From the NCBI GenBank assembly GCA_964012805.1, contig CAXGUD010000010.1:1-64000 (forward strand): DNA of 64,000 nucleotides, read 5' to 3'. Position 1 is the stretch's first letter. Each line of letters begins with the position of its first letter. The stretch is from an uncultured Bacteriovoracaceae bacterium (GTDB lineage: Bacteria; Bdellovibrionota; Bacteriovoracia; Bacteriovoracales; Bacteriovoracaceae). Positions 1-11,420 of the stretch are shown here, piece after piece. The translations under genes were made by a program, and so were the position numbers. The notes beneath the pieces were generated by a model that worked only from the letters and a program-made list of their open reading frames with translations, ran no database searches and was not told where the DNA came from.

Positions 1-79
1 CCATTCCAAAACCAGGCATTCCACCCATTCCAAAACCAGGCATTCCACCCATTCCAAAACCAGGCATTCCACCCATTCC
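1..79. repeat. 24-bp coding tandem repeat, about 3.3 copies visible, encoding MPGFGMGG on the minus strand
   Basis: ccacccattccaaaaccaggcatt exact at 21-44 and 45-68, partial copies at 1-20 and 69-79. Confidence 0.95.
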
Positions 80-1090
80 GCCTAAACCTGCACCTATACC
101 GCCCTGAATATTTATTGGCCGTCCACTTAGAAGACCTCCGAGAAGACCTAAGCCTGTTCCGAGAGCCCCTCCGCCAGGGTTAAACCCAATACTTGCATTA
201 AAGCCTGTCCCTGCTCCATAGCCTCCCATTCCACCATAACCAAAATTGGGTCCCAGCATAGACCCCATAAAACCGCCTGAGTAACCAGCTTGAAGGAAAG
301 GGTTACCAGTACCACCAAAGGCACCACCCATCATCCCTCCAAAACCTGCATAAGCACTTAGAGGAGAGCCCATACATTGGCCATTAATATCGATTAAAGT
401 ATTAAGGTCGGCACCAGAGAAACCTCCGACCCCTTGAAAAGTTTCCTTCATACCCGCTAGACATGACTGATTTATTTGTGTCATCACATCACTTGACATA
501 GGAGGAGCACCGTATTGCTGCAAACTTTGCTTGTAGGCTTCAACCCTCTTTGTACATTCCTGTTGAGCACCAATGAGAGAAGTCTGCATTGTTTCGGCCA
601 ATTGAGCTTGAGTATTAATTGCTAGCTCGTTAGCTTGCGATAAATAATTCCCGAAACGAGTCGTACATGCCTCTTGCCCTTTTGCGTAGGCACTTGCCCA
701 CTCTTTAGCATTTTTAGACTGATAATAAGACCCAATCCAAGTTGACCCAACCATGGCCAGGGGAGCAGCTATAGCGCTTAAAGCATCAACCGCTGTGTCC
801 CAAGGATTGCTTTTTTCAACGTTATTAAAAAGACACTCCACACAATCTACATTACCTCCAGCGCCCCTAGCAATCTCCATCCTGATGCAGGCCCTGTATT
901 CATCTTCATAGCCTTCCCCTATTCCACTACAAAACCCAGCAATGCTATCCGAATCCTCAGCCATTCCATCTGAGACATCTTGCGCCAACAATATAGAGTG
1001 TTGGAAAAGCGCTAAACTCAAAAGAAGATGAAAAAAAATCTTTATTTTATTAACACAATCACTTAAATGTACTTTTGGTTTGGAAATCAC
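1..1090 (-). CDS. Secreted Cys-containing protein with Gly/Met-rich low-complexity tail (3' end outside window; not in ORF track)
   Basis: Translated by hand: AGGAGG RBS, GTG at 1090, open frame to position 1. Signal-peptide-like start (KIKIFFHLLLSLALFQHSILLA), DCVEC, helical Gln-rich core, then GGMPGFGM repeats. Confidence 0.85.
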   Translation of the reverse strand, partial: MISKPKVHLSDCVNKIKIFFHLLLSLALFQHSILLAQDVSDGMAEDSDSIAGFCSGIGEGYEDEYRACIRMEIARGAGGNVDCVECLFNNVEKSNPWDTAVDALSAIAAPLAMVGSTWIGSYYQSKNAKEWASAYAKGQEACTTRFGNYLSQANELAINTQAQLAETMQTSLIGAQQECTKRVEAYKQSLQQYGAPPMSSDVMTQINQSCLAGMKETFQGVGGFSGADLNTLIDINGQCMGSPLSAYAGFGGMMGGAFGGTGNPFLQAGYSGGFMGSMLGPNFGYGGMGGYGAGTGFNASIGFNPGGGALGTGLGLLGGLLSGRPINIQGGIGAGLGGMGGMPGFGMGGMPGFGMGGMPGFGM

Positions 1091-1134
1091 TTTCTGCCTC
1101 CTAAGGCAAAAAAACTATTTTTCTTCTCCTAAAT

Positions 1135-1161
1135 AAATCGGATTTTTTTAAAAATTCTTTA
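1135..1161 (-). promoter_or_regulatory. sigma28/FliA-type promoter for the Gly-rich protein gene
   Basis: Minus strand TAAA-N15-TCCGATTT versus consensus TAAA-N15-GCCGATAA; 45 nt upstream of the start. Confidence 0.65.
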
Positions 1162-1182
1162 TTTTTAGAAGGACTTGGCAAA

Positions 1183-1767
1183 ATGGAAATAAACTCAAGT
1201 AACATACTAGAATGGTCTATTTTAATTTTTTTACTCTTAGGTCTTTTTTATGGAGCATTGGCCATTAAAAATGAAAAAAGGGTATTTCTTCAAAACCTAA
1301 AAACTTTCCACATAAAGCAATTTAAACTTAAAATACCTTCCTGGTGGGGGCTAGAGAAAGACACCGTCTCTCCTACAAAATCATCTTTTATTCGAAAAGA
1401 TACAAGGTATGACTGGAGGGCCAGTTTTGAATGGTTCAACCTTGAAGACAAGGATAAAGACCTTTCAGGAAGAGACCTTTTTATTGAAATAATCAAAAGT
1501 AAGGAAATCTTTTTTGATGAAGTTGGGAGTGTCATTCACACAAGACCTTTCCCTCAGTTTGATAGACCACACCTCCAAACAGCAAGGGTAGAAGGAATGG
1601 CCACTCAGTTCGGAACGGAGAGGATCTATTACGATGCTTTTATCGTGCTTGATAAAAGAGTCAACGGTTACCTTCTTTGTGAAAGCAGAAGCTCGGTACT
1701 CAATGGAATGGTTGAGGGCCCCTATTTTGAAGAGGTTATAAAAAGTATTGAGATAAAAAATATTTAA
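1183..1767 (+). CDS. Hypothetical protein with N-terminal membrane anchor (possibly PsbP/DcrB-like fold)
   Basis: 194-aa ORF with one hydrophobic N-terminal helix; fold guess from FKLKIPSWW and terminal FEEVIKSIEI is weak. Confidence 0.6.
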   Translation: MEINSSNILEWSILIFLLLGLFYGALAIKNEKRVFLQNLKTFHIKQFKLKIPSWWGLEKDTVSPTKSSFIRKDTRYDWRASFEWFNLEDKDKDLSGRDLFIEIIKSKEIFFDEVGSVIHTRPFPQFDRPHLQTARVEGMATQFGTERIYYDAFIVLDKRVNGYLLCESRSSVLNGMVEGPYFEEVIKSIEIKNI

Positions 1768-2696
1768 GGAGGACACTGCTCATTAGAATAGCCTGGACCA
1801 CTGGTATTCAGCTGAGGGATCTGAGACTCAGAGTCCCATTTTAATTTTAAAGTGCTATCAGTTGCGACCTGAATGCCTACCTTCACACATTGGGCAGAAG
1901 GCAAGTGGTAATCTGGGCAAACAGTTGTAGCATCTGATCCATAAACATCCTTGTTTTCACAAAAGAAGTCCCAATAAATATTGTCAATTGAAAGAACAAA
2001 CCTATCGGAGTCCTTTGGAACATCCAAAGATAGTATAGAAGAACAAGATCCTACGTTTATTGACTCACCTTGTGTTACAGGAACATCATATTGCTTTACA
2101 AACTTCCTCACCCCAGGGTTACTATTATCCACTCCATACAGGGAAACTTTTAACCTCATCTTAGTAAAAAAATATTTCGAGTCTTGGCTTGAGCAAGTTA
2201 CACCATTAACATCCTTTAGTGTGTTGTCAGTAGGTCTCTTATAGGCCAAGAAGCGAACTTGGAGAACAGAGTCTGATTTAAATCTTTCCTTAAGGCAATT
2301 TACATTTTCAGAGCTCCAAACTTCATTTGCGCCAGCAGCTTTCCCTCGAAGAACAAGGGAGAAGTCATGCAAAGACCTTAAATAAGAACTTCTCACCTGT
2401 TCAGGGTCCTCGATAGTACTCCAAACTCCTCCCACATTCACCTGAACTCCATGAGAAACTCCGGTAGCTACACAAGAAGGATCAAGTTCTGGTGGAGGTA
2501 CTTCGTTATTACACCCTTCACAATTGTTATTCCCGCCAGAGGATCCTCCAGAATTACCTTCAGATGATTGGCCTGACGATGAGTCTCCTTCTTTTTTTGG
2601 CCCTAAATCAGGTCCGCAGCCAGAAGCAATAAAAATAAGTAAAGTGAACCCAACGATCAGCTTTTGCAAAGAAAACTTTCTCATAGCAAGCTCCAT
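1764..2696 (-). CDS. Cys-rich hypothetical lipoprotein
   Basis: Lipobox IASG-C, Ser/Gly linker, about 10 further Cys; real start may be ATG 2684. Confidence 0.75.
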   Translation of the reverse strand: MELAMRKFSLQKLIVGFTLLIFIASGCGPDLGPKKEGDSSSGQSSEGNSGGSSGGNNNCEGCNNEVPPPELDPSCVATGVSHGVQVNVGGVWSTIEDPEQVRSSYLRSLHDFSLVLRGKAAGANEVWSSENVNCLKERFKSDSVLQVRFLAYKRPTDNTLKDVNGVTCSSQDSKYFFTKMRLKVSLYGVDNSNPGVRKFVKQYDVPVTQGESINVGSCSSILSLDVPKDSDRFVLSIDNIYWDFFCENKDVYGSDATTVCPDYHLPSAQCVKVGIQVATDSTLKLKWDSESQIPQLNTSGPGYSNEQCPP

Positions 2697-2743
2697 AAAA
2701 GTCTGAAGATTCCATTATTCAGTCTAATTGAATTTCACCTGAT

Positions 2744-2770
2744 GTATCGGTTAATTTTGGATTCTCTTAA
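2744..2770 (-). promoter_or_regulatory. sigma28/FliA-type promoter
   Basis: Minus strand TTAA-N15-ACCGATAC upstream of the lipoprotein gene. Confidence 0.6.
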
Positions 2771-2798
2771 ATGGGACCTAAGAGGCATGGTCCCATTT
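2769..2798 (-). terminator. Hairpin, probable terminator after the DUF507-like gene
   Basis: Perfect 10-bp inverted repeat aaatgggacc/ggtcccattt with 10-nt loop; weak U tract. Confidence 0.5.
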
Positions 2799-2830
2799 GT
2801 AGAGGACTTTAAGAAAGGTAAGGGCTGTCT

Positions 2831-3283
2831 TTAATTTTTTTTGGGATTAAAAAACCTAATCTTTTTAATAAGAAAATTTGTTATTTCTTCATCTGTTCCA
2901 AAAACATCGTCAATTAAATCAGACTCAAGAAGAAATTTATTTACGCGTAAGGCAACTTGCCTCAGAGACTCAACAAGGTACAACCCACCTATATTTTCGC
3001 CCTTAAAAGATTTAATTATTTCTTTTCTGGCATGGTTAAAAACTTCAGACTCAGTTACATCCTCAGGAACATTTTCAGCTCCCATTTTGTCTTCAACTTC
3101 TTCAATGGCCTGGTCTTTGATATCCTCATCAGTCGCAAAACTTACTCCATATTCCGTAGCAAGTGCGTCAATAAGTTCAAGCCTCTTTTCAATATCGAAC
3201 TCAATTATTTTATGTTCCTTAAGATGATTGACTGTATACAGCGCAAGCGTCTTTAAGGTTTCAAAATCAGTTTTCATAAACAT
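2831..3283 (-). CDS. DUF507-like protein
   Basis: 150-aa acidic helical protein with the two-repeat pattern recalled for DUF507; follows murJ. Confidence 0.55.
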   Translation of the reverse strand: MFMKTDFETLKTLALYTVNHLKEHKIIEFDIEKRLELIDALATEYGVSFATDEDIKDQAIEEVEDKMGAENVPEDVTESEVFNHARKEIIKSFKGENIGGLYLVESLRQVALRVNKFLLESDLIDDVFGTDEEITNFLIKKIRFFNPKKN

Positions 3284-3332
3284 TCCTTACTAATTTGACT
3301 TCGGACCCAGTCTACCTTATTTAAGTGCCACT

Positions 3333-4928
3333 CTACAACACTCTTTTTGAGATGAATTTTTTTAATTCGCTATACTCACCCATAGAAAGGAGTGAGAAAG
3401 TATAAGCTAAAAAACCAAAAATTCCTATCAAACAAAAATAAAAAATCTTCCATAAAAAGGGAAGAGAATAATCAAAAAAGTCATGCACCACCCAATTGAC
3501 GGCTAAATAAACCATAACGCCTGCCACCATAATCTTAAAAATTCTTAGATTAAAGAAGAAACTTAAAGGTAAATTGAGAAGCCTTTTGAGCAAAACAGAC
3601 TGACATACAACATTTACACACATAGACAAGCTAGTTCCTAAAGCCAGAATGTGAAAGCCGAACCGGTCTACAAGTGTCAAACAGAAAATAACATTTAGCC
3701 CAATACACACCATCGAAATGACCACAGGTATCCTAGGTTTATCCAAAGCATAAAAGGTTGGTGCAAAAACCTTGTAACAACCATAAAAAGGAAGGCCAAG
3801 AAGGTACATTTTTAAAGCAAGGGTTGATTGAACTGTATCACTTGGCAAAAAAGCACCTCTTTCAAAAATTAAATGAATTGAAGGCTTTGCCATTGCATAA
3901 AGAAGAGCAAAAGAGGGAATTAAAACCAAAAATGAAACTAAATAACTAGTTTTGAGAAAAGAAATGGCCTTCTCTTTTTCTCCCTTCTTCCATGACTCAC
4001 TGAAGTGAACTAGGTTTGAGCCCGCTATAGAGACACTAAGAACCCCTACAGGGAATTGAAATAACCTAAAGGCGTAATTAAGCCAAGAGACAGCACCAAC
4101 AACTGTTCCAGTCGCCAAAATGGTTGTAATCAAAATATTAATTTGAGTCGCAGCAATTCCTATTGTTCCAATCCCAACCCTTCCAAACACTTTTTTTGCA
4201 TCGTCAGTTAAAATTTTGCCAGGCTTAAGCGGCCTAAAGTTTTTGTAATAGATAAAGGGAATCTGAATAACTAGTTGAATAACTCCGCCGAAAAGAACGC
4301 CTAACCCCATTGATAAGCCTGGGTGGAGGTCTCTTTTCTCCAAAAAAGAGGGTAAAAACCATATTGATAAAATCATAACAAGGTTGAAAAAGGCAGGGGC
4401 CAAAGAAGGCATAAAAAAAACTTTAAGAGTATTCAGGACTCCCATAACCAAAGCTGCCAGAGAGATAAGTGTCAAAAATGGGGCCATAATTCTAACTAAC
4501 TGCACAGCTAAAGAGTATTGCTCCTGGCTTTTTTCAAAAGATGAAGCATATAAACTGACAAGCTCTGGCGCAAAAATAATAATTCCAATGGAGATAATAC
4601 CTGTCGAGATTAAAAGAAGCGTGGCAACAGATGCAAAAAGCTGCCTAGCCTTTTTTTCGTCTTTAGTAATAACATCTGTAAAAATGGGAACGAAAGCTGA
4701 AGAAAAAACTCCCTCTGCAAAAAGATCTCTTAAAACATTTGGAATGCGGAAAGCGACATTAAAGGCATCCGTTACAATAGAAGCACCGAACATTGCTGCC
4801 ATGACTTGCTCTCTAACAAGACCTAACACCCTGCTAGAAAATGTAGCGATGGCCATCTTGGCCATGGAAAGGACATAAGAGAGATTCATCCTCTTGCGGC
4901 CCCTTTCGCCCTTTATTGTCATTTCCAA
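3333..4928 (-). CDS. murJ: Lipid II flippase MurJ (MviN)
   Basis: SRVLGLVRE, AFRIPNVLRDLFAEG, multiple TM helices. Confidence 0.95.
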   Translation of the reverse strand: MEMTIKGERGRKRMNLSYVLSMAKMAIATFSSRVLGLVREQVMAAMFGASIVTDAFNVAFRIPNVLRDLFAEGVFSSAFVPIFTDVITKDEKKARQLFASVATLLLISTGIISIGIIIFAPELVSLYASSFEKSQEQYSLAVQLVRIMAPFLTLISLAALVMGVLNTLKVFFMPSLAPAFFNLVMILSIWFLPSFLEKRDLHPGLSMGLGVLFGGVIQLVIQIPFIYYKNFRPLKPGKILTDDAKKVFGRVGIGTIGIAATQINILITTILATGTVVGAVSWLNYAFRLFQFPVGVLSVSIAGSNLVHFSESWKKGEKEKAISFLKTSYLVSFLVLIPSFALLYAMAKPSIHLIFERGAFLPSDTVQSTLALKMYLLGLPFYGCYKVFAPTFYALDKPRIPVVISMVCIGLNVIFCLTLVDRFGFHILALGTSLSMCVNVVCQSVLLKRLLNLPLSFFFNLRIFKIMVAGVMVYLAVNWVVHDFFDYSLPFLWKIFYFCLIGIFGFLAYTFSLLSMGEYSELKKFISKRVL

Positions 4929-5077
4929 AACTCTGCTCCAAAAAACTCATTAAGTGTTTTACGCATTAAAGACTGTATGATAATCCTCAAGCTTAGTAAG
5001 TTTTTTTTACCCTTATTTTGCAAAAATTCATAACAGATTTTTTGTATGTGAACTTCGAAGAAAGGAGCTGGTTAAAA

Positions 5078-7093
5078 ATGGAAGCCACACAAAGTTTTTT
5101 TACTTATAGTCCAGTCATTGGGCTGGTCGGTTTTGTCTTTGCACTCATGACTTATGCATGGGTTGTTAAACAACCTGCAGGTAATGCAAAGATGACTCAC
5201 ATTGCAACACTTATTGAAAACGGTTCAATGACATTCCTAAAAAAGGAATACATGATCCTTATCGGTTTTCTTGTTGTTGTTGCTGCTCTCCTTGGAGCAA
5301 AACTCGGAACAAACAGCGCGATTTGTTATCTCGCTGGGGCTTTCATGTCTATGCTTTGTGGCTATATCGGGATGAAAGCTGCAACCAAAGCAAACGTAAG
5401 AACAGCTGAAGCTGCAGCTCAAAGTGGTCAGGGTAAAGCTCTTTCTGTCGCCTTTTTTGGTGGATCTGTTATGGGTATGGCCGTTGCTTCTCTAGGTCTT
5501 CTAGGAATTGCTCTTGCCTATAAATTTCTAACAAGTGGAAGTGCTATTGAAGCACTTAACGGTTTTGCGATGGGTGCGTCATCAATAGCTCTTTTTGCTA
5601 GAGTTGGTGGTGGTATCTACACAAAAGCTGCTGACGTTGGTGCTGACCTCGTTGGTAAAGTAGAAGCTGGTATCCCAGAAGATGACCCTAGAAACCCTGC
5701 AACAATTGCAGATAACGTTGGTGATAACGTTGGTGACACTGCTGGTATGGGTGCTGATATTTTTGAATCTTACTGCGGTAGTGTAATCGCAACTATGTTC
5801 ATCGGATCAACTTATGCTGCAGCTAACGCAAATGGCGCTAGCGGGGCTGTCATTCTTCCAATCATTATAATAACAATAGGTCTTCTTGCTTCTGTCCTTG
5901 GGATTTTAGCGATGAACACTCTAAAGGGTTCTAACCCAGCAATGGCCTTAAGAGTAACTCCCATTATCAGCCTAGGGGCCCTCTTTCTTGGTGCTTATTA
6001 TGCTGTAAATGCAATGGGCTTCACAATTTTTCCATATGCCATGGGTCCATTTTACGCAATGATTTTAGGAGCACTTGCTGGACTCTCTATTGGGCTTGTA
6101 ACTGAATATTATACCTCTGGAGACTTTAGTCCTGTTAAGAAAATTGCTGAAGCTGGTAAAACTGGTTCAGCTACAAATATTATCCAAGGCCTTGCCGTTG
6201 GTATGTATTCTTGTATCATTCCTATCCTTATTATCTGCCTAACAATTTATTTTGCTTACCACTTTGCTGGTCTTTACGGAATTGGGATTGCTGCAGTTGG
6301 TATGCTTGCAACAACTGGTGTAACCATGACAGTTGATGCTTATGGACCAATCTCAGACAATGCTGGTGGGATTGCAGAAATGAGTGAACTTGGTCCAGAG
6401 GTTAGGGCCATTACAGACGGTCTTGACTCTATTGGAAATACAACAGCAGCTATTGGAAAAGGTTTTGCTATCGGTTCAGCTGCTCTGACAGCACTTGCTA
6501 TGTTCTCAGCTTACGCATCAGCTGTCGGTCTTGAATCTATCAATATTATGACACCTCAAGTTGTTATTGGTCTTTTCATTGGTGGGGTCCTTCCTTTCTT
6601 CGTCGGTGCCAATACAATGAACTCAGTAGGTTCTGCTGCAGCTATGATGGTTCAGGAAGTAAGAAGACAGTTCAGAGAAATCCCTGGAATCATGGAAGGA
6701 AAAGGTACTCCTGACACAGAGAGATGCGTTGCCATTGCAACACAGGCTTCTCTTAAAGAAATGATTGCACCAGGTATCGTTGCTGTTGCAGCTCCTATCG
6801 CCGTTGGGTTCCTTCTCGGTAAAGAAGCCCTTGGTGGGACTCTTGCTGGTGCTACTGTAACAGGTGTTCTTCTTGCTCTTTTCATGGCCAATGCTGGCGG
6901 TGCTTGGGATAATGCTAAGAAAGCAATTGAACAAGGACAAGTTGAAGGTGAAAAGAAAGGGACAGAAGCTCACGCTGCTGCTGTAACAGGTGATACTGTT
7001 GGTGACCCATTCAAAGATACTTCAGGTCCTGCAATGAACATTCTCGTAAAGCTTATGTCCATTGTTGCCCTTGTTATTGCTCCACTTCTTTAA
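5078..7093 (+). CDS. hppA: Membrane-bound pyrophosphatase, K+-dependent, probably Na+-translocating
   Basis: [48 protein letters not shown] favours ATG 5078 over TTG 5018. Confidence 0.95.
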   Translation: MEATQSFFTYSPVIGLVGFVFALMTYAWVVKQPAGNAKMTHIATLIENGSMTFLKKEYMILIGFLVVVAALLGAKLGTNSAICYLAGAFMSMLCGYIGMKAATKANVRTAEAAAQSGQGKALSVAFFGGSVMGMAVASLGLLGIALAYKFLTSGSAIEALNGFAMGASSIALFARVGGGIYTKAADVGADLVGKVEAGIPEDDPRNPATIADNVGDNVGDTAGMGADIFESYCGSVIATMFIGSTYAAANANGASGAVILPIIIITIGLLASVLGILAMNTLKGSNPAMALRVTPIISLGALFLGAYYAVNAMGFTIFPYAMGPFYAMILGALAGLSIGLVTEYYTSGDFSPVKKIAEAGKTGSATNIIQGLAVGMYSCIIPILIICLTIYFAYHFAGLYGIGIAAVGMLATTGVTMTVDAYGPISDNAGGIAEMSELGPEVRAITDGLDSIGNTTAAIGKGFAIGSAALTALAMFSAYASAVGLESINIMTPQVVIGLFIGGVLPFFVGANTMNSVGSAAAMMVQEVRRQFREIPGIMEGKGTPDTERCVAIATQASLKEMIAPGIVAVAAPIAVGFLLGKEALGGTLAGATVTGVLLALFMANAGGAWDNAKKAIEQGQVEGEKKGTEAHAAAVTGDTVGDPFKDTSGPAMNILVKLMSIVALVIAPLL

Positions 7094-7120
7094 GAGCAAA
7101 ACAAAAAATTAAAATAAATA

Positions 7121-7153
7121 AAAAAAGCCTCGATTTTCTCGGGGCTTTTTTTT
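7121..7153 (+). terminator. Rho-independent terminator after hppA
   Basis: aaaaaagcctcga-ttttc-tcggggc followed by T tract. Confidence 0.85.
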
Positions 7154-7244
7154 GCCTAAAAAAATTTAAGATTTCCCATCCAATGGTATTACTCCTATAA
7201 TAACGAGGTTTTTTTAGTACACCTTTTTATTTTGGAGCACTCTC

Positions 7245-8192
7245 ATGACCCCTTTCATTCTTATCTCTGACGGTTTTGACAAAGAGCTTTTTCAAAAGCT
7301 GAAAGAAAATAACCATTTTCAAGTTCACCCTGAATCCAAAGTTAACAAAGAAGAGCTTATGGGACTTCTTCATAAAGTCGAGGGGCTCGTCATTAGATCA
7401 GCAACAAAAGTGACTGAAGAAATATTAGAACACGCACCAAATCTAAAATATGTCATCAGAGCAGGGGCGGGCACAGACAATATTGATAAAAAATCATGTG
7501 GACTTAAAGGGGTTAAGGTTTCCAATACTCCAGGGGCCAATACAAATGCAGCGGCTGAACACGCCATTGCCCTTATGTTTACTCTTTTAAGAAACACTGC
7601 TGAAGCTCATCATTCAATGAAAAATGGCCTTTGGGAAAAATCGAAGTTTGGAGGCCTTGAACTAACAGGAAAAAGAATTGGAATTTTGGGGATGGGTCGA
7701 ATTGGTCAGACTCTAGCAAAAAGACTAAGTGGCTTCGAACCACAGATTTCTTTTTATGACCCTTTTAAAATAGAAATCTCAGACCCACAAATTAAGCAAG
7801 TGGATAAAATGGAAGAAATCTTTCAAACCTGTGACATCATCACTATGCATCTTCCCCTCCTCGAAGAAACGAAAAATCTTATAGATAATAAATTTTTATC
7901 ATTAATGAAAAAAGATGCTCTTCTCATAAATGCTTCTAGAGGTGGTATTATCAACGAAGAAGACCTTGCCAAAGCCCTTAAAGAAAAGAAAATTAGAGGT
8001 GCTGCTCTAGATGTTTTTTCTGAGGAACCTCTACCCGAAGAATCTCCTCTAAGAAAAGTTCCTAACCTCGTTCTAACTCCCCATCTCGGAGCGAGTACAG
8101 CGGAGTCTCAAAAAAGAGTAGGGGAGATGGTTCTTGACCAACTGGAAAAGTTCTTTGTTCACAACACGCTATTAAATGAGGTAAAAGCATAA
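7245..8192 (+). CDS. D-2-hydroxyacid dehydrogenase, SerA-like, without regulatory domains
   Basis: RAGAGTDNID, GMGRIG, NASRGG, LTPHLGAST; only 315 aa. Confidence 0.85.
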   Translation: MTPFILISDGFDKELFQKLKENNHFQVHPESKVNKEELMGLLHKVEGLVIRSATKVTEEILEHAPNLKYVIRAGAGTDNIDKKSCGLKGVKVSNTPGANTNAAAEHAIALMFTLLRNTAEAHHSMKNGLWEKSKFGGLELTGKRIGILGMGRIGQTLAKRLSGFEPQISFYDPFKIEISDPQIKQVDKMEEIFQTCDIITMHLPLLEETKNLIDNKFLSLMKKDALLINASRGGIINEEDLAKALKEKKIRGAALDVFSEEPLPEESPLRKVPNLVLTPHLGASTAESQKRVGEMVLDQLEKFFVHNTLLNEVKA

Positions 8193-8198
8193 AAATGA

Positions 8199-9515
<1,317 letters not shown>

Positions 9516-9518
9516 GAC

Positions 9519-10817
9519 CTATATTAATTCGTCGACAAGCTTCCCACTGAGAGCTCCATTTGAAGCTTCTTCAATAAAAACCTTTCGGATTTGATTTGAG
9601 AGGTCTTCTTCTGTATCCACAGCAAACCTAACAAAATTAGAAGTATATCCCTCAAAAAGACCTTCTTTATTTCTTCTTTCAAAAAGAACTTCATTAAACT
9701 TACCAACCATTGCCTCAGAAAAGGAAATCAATTTTTGGTTTCCAAGATTATTCACAAGAGAAACCCTATCCTTTTTTATTTCCCCAGAAATATGGCCAGG
9801 CAGGTTAGAAGCTGTTGTTCCTTGCCTTTTAGAATAGGGAAAAGCGTGGAAATGAGTTATAGGTAAGTCCTTTAGCAATTGATAGGTATCATTGAAGTCT
9901 TCCGTATCTTCGCCAGGATGACCCAAAATAATATCAGCTCCAATAGCACAGCTTGGGAAAGCCTCTTTTAGCTTAAAGATAACGCTCTTATACTGTTGGA
10001 CATCATACTTCCGCCTCATGGACTTCAATATTGTATCGGACCCACTTTGAAGAGGAACATGAAAGTGGTCCAAAACTTTGGGGGAGCTTTTTAACACCTC
10101 TAGAAGCTCATCAGTAAAAGTGTTAGGTTCAACGCTTGAAAGTCTGAACCTCTCAAGGCCTTCAATATTCAGAATTTCTTTTACTAAACTCGCTAAGGAT
10201 GTTCCTGAAGTTGCTTCATACTCACCAATGTTCACGCCCGTTAAAACAATTTCTTTAAAACCCTTGTGAACAAGGTCTTTGGCCCTAGCAACAGCGTTTT
10301 CCAAAGAAATAGTGCGGGATCGACCTCTTGCAGCAGGTATAATGCAAAATGAACAAACGTAGTTACAACCATCCTGAATTTTTAAAAAAGCTCTTGTATG
10401 CTTATCAACAGTCGTCGTTCCAGCACCATAGAACTCTTTTGATTTTTTGATCTTTATAATAGGAGTTTTTGATTCTTCTTTTAGATAGTCAAAAACCTTA
10501 TACTTTTCCGAAGTTCCTAAAATAAGGTCAACGCCTTCCATTTCAGCAACTTTACCAGATTCCATTTGAGCATAACACCCCACAACAACAACTTTACCAT
10601 CAGGGGAACTCTTATTGGCCTTTCGGATGATATTCCGACAGGTGGAATCAGCACCATCTGTCACAGTACAAGTATTAATAAAAACCACATCAGCTTTCTC
10701 ACCAAAAGGAACTATACTGTACCCACGGTCGACAAAGTCCTGCGCAATAGAGCCTGTTTCTGAGAAGTTCAGACGGCACCCTAAAGTATGTAATGCGACC
10801 TTTTTATCCATTTTCAT
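9519..10817 (-). CDS. mtaB: tRNA t6A37 methylthiotransferase
   Basis: TLGCRLN, NTCTVT, radical-SAM CNYVCSFC, RAFLKIQDGC. Confidence 0.9.
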   Translation of the reverse strand: MKMDKKVALHTLGCRLNFSETGSIAQDFVDRGYSIVPFGEKADVVFINTCTVTDGADSTCRNIIRKANKSSPDGKVVVVGCYAQMESGKVAEMEGVDLILGTSEKYKVFDYLKEESKTPIIKIKKSKEFYGAGTTTVDKHTRAFLKIQDGCNYVCSFCIIPAARGRSRTISLENAVARAKDLVHKGFKEIVLTGVNIGEYEATSGTSLASLVKEILNIEGLERFRLSSVEPNTFTDELLEVLKSSPKVLDHFHVPLQSGSDTILKSMRRKYDVQQYKSVIFKLKEAFPSCAIGADIILGHPGEDTEDFNDTYQLLKDLPITHFHAFPYSKRQGTTASNLPGHISGEIKKDRVSLVNNLGNQKLISFSEAMVGKFNEVLFERRNKEGLFEGYTSNFVRFAVDTEEDLSNQIRKVFIEEASNGALSGKLVDELI

Positions 10818-10953
10818 TAACTCTTTTATTACTTTTTAAACCTCGAAAACTAGTATGGGCCCTGAACTTTGTCAAAAACCTGGAGTCCAAGGTTTACTAT
10901 TTTTACAGGGCTCCCAGCTTTCGAAAAATTTATATTTACCATATAAAAAGACA

Positions 10954-10982
10954 TTGACAAGATAACAGCTATCACCTATCTT
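10954..10982 (+). promoter_or_regulatory. sigma70 promoter of the tRNA-Lys/Glu operon
   Basis: TTGACA-N17-TATCTT. Confidence 0.75.
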
Positions 10983-11005
10983 TCATTCCACGAAAGCAGT
11001 TCAGT

Positions 11006-11082
11006 GGTCCCCTAGCTCAGTTGGTTAGAGCATCTCCCTTTTAAGGAGAGGGTCCTGCGTTCGAGTCGCAGGGGGATCACCA
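11006..11082 (+). tRNA. tRNA-Lys(UUU)
   Basis: Cloverleaf; anticodon arm TCTCC-CTTTTAA-GGAGA, TTCGAGT T-loop, CCA end. Confidence 0.97.
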
Positions 11083-11118
11083 ATAACTTTCAGCATAATA
11101 AGCCAAGTCTACAGTTAT

Positions 11119-11196
11119 GCTCCTATCGTCTAGCCTGGTCTAGGACTACGCGTTTTCATCGCGTCAACAGGGGTTCGAATCCCCTTGGGAGTGCCA
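11119..11196 (+). tRNA. tRNA-Glu(UUC)
   Basis: Anticodon arm ACGCG-TTTTCAT-CGCGT, TTCGAAT T-loop, CCA end. Confidence 0.97.
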
Positions 11197-11201
11197 TATT
11201 A

Positions 11202-11234
11202 AAAAGCCCGAAACTTTATTTCGGGCTTTTTTTT
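11202..11234 (+). terminator. Rho-independent terminator of the tRNA operon
   Basis: aaaagcccgaaa ... tttcgggc followed by long T tract. Confidence 0.9.
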
Positions 11235-11420
11235 AAAATGTTTTTCAATAAAATTTATTTAAATAGAAAGTTAGACTAACAAAGCCTCTGGCAAACCTAG
11301 ACTCAAGCGCCAACAAAGTATTCAAGAATTAAAAAAGTCAGCTTTTTTCAAAGAGTATTCAAAAAAAATAAATATCTTCTTAACCTTTAATTTAATCCTC
11401 CTATTAACCGAAATAGGGTT

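Noticed and set aside
1..79. 24-bp repeats as a CRISPR array
   Set aside because: Head-to-tail with no spacers, in frame within a coding region, and no cas genes in the window.
5711..5736. Tandem gataacgttggt repeat
   Set aside because: Encodes the conserved DNVGDNVGD motif of membrane pyrophosphatases.
11388..11414. Possible sigma28 promoter before the histidine kinase (TAAT-N15-ACCGAAAT)
   Set aside because: Several mismatches and only 6 nt from the ATG; too weak to call.
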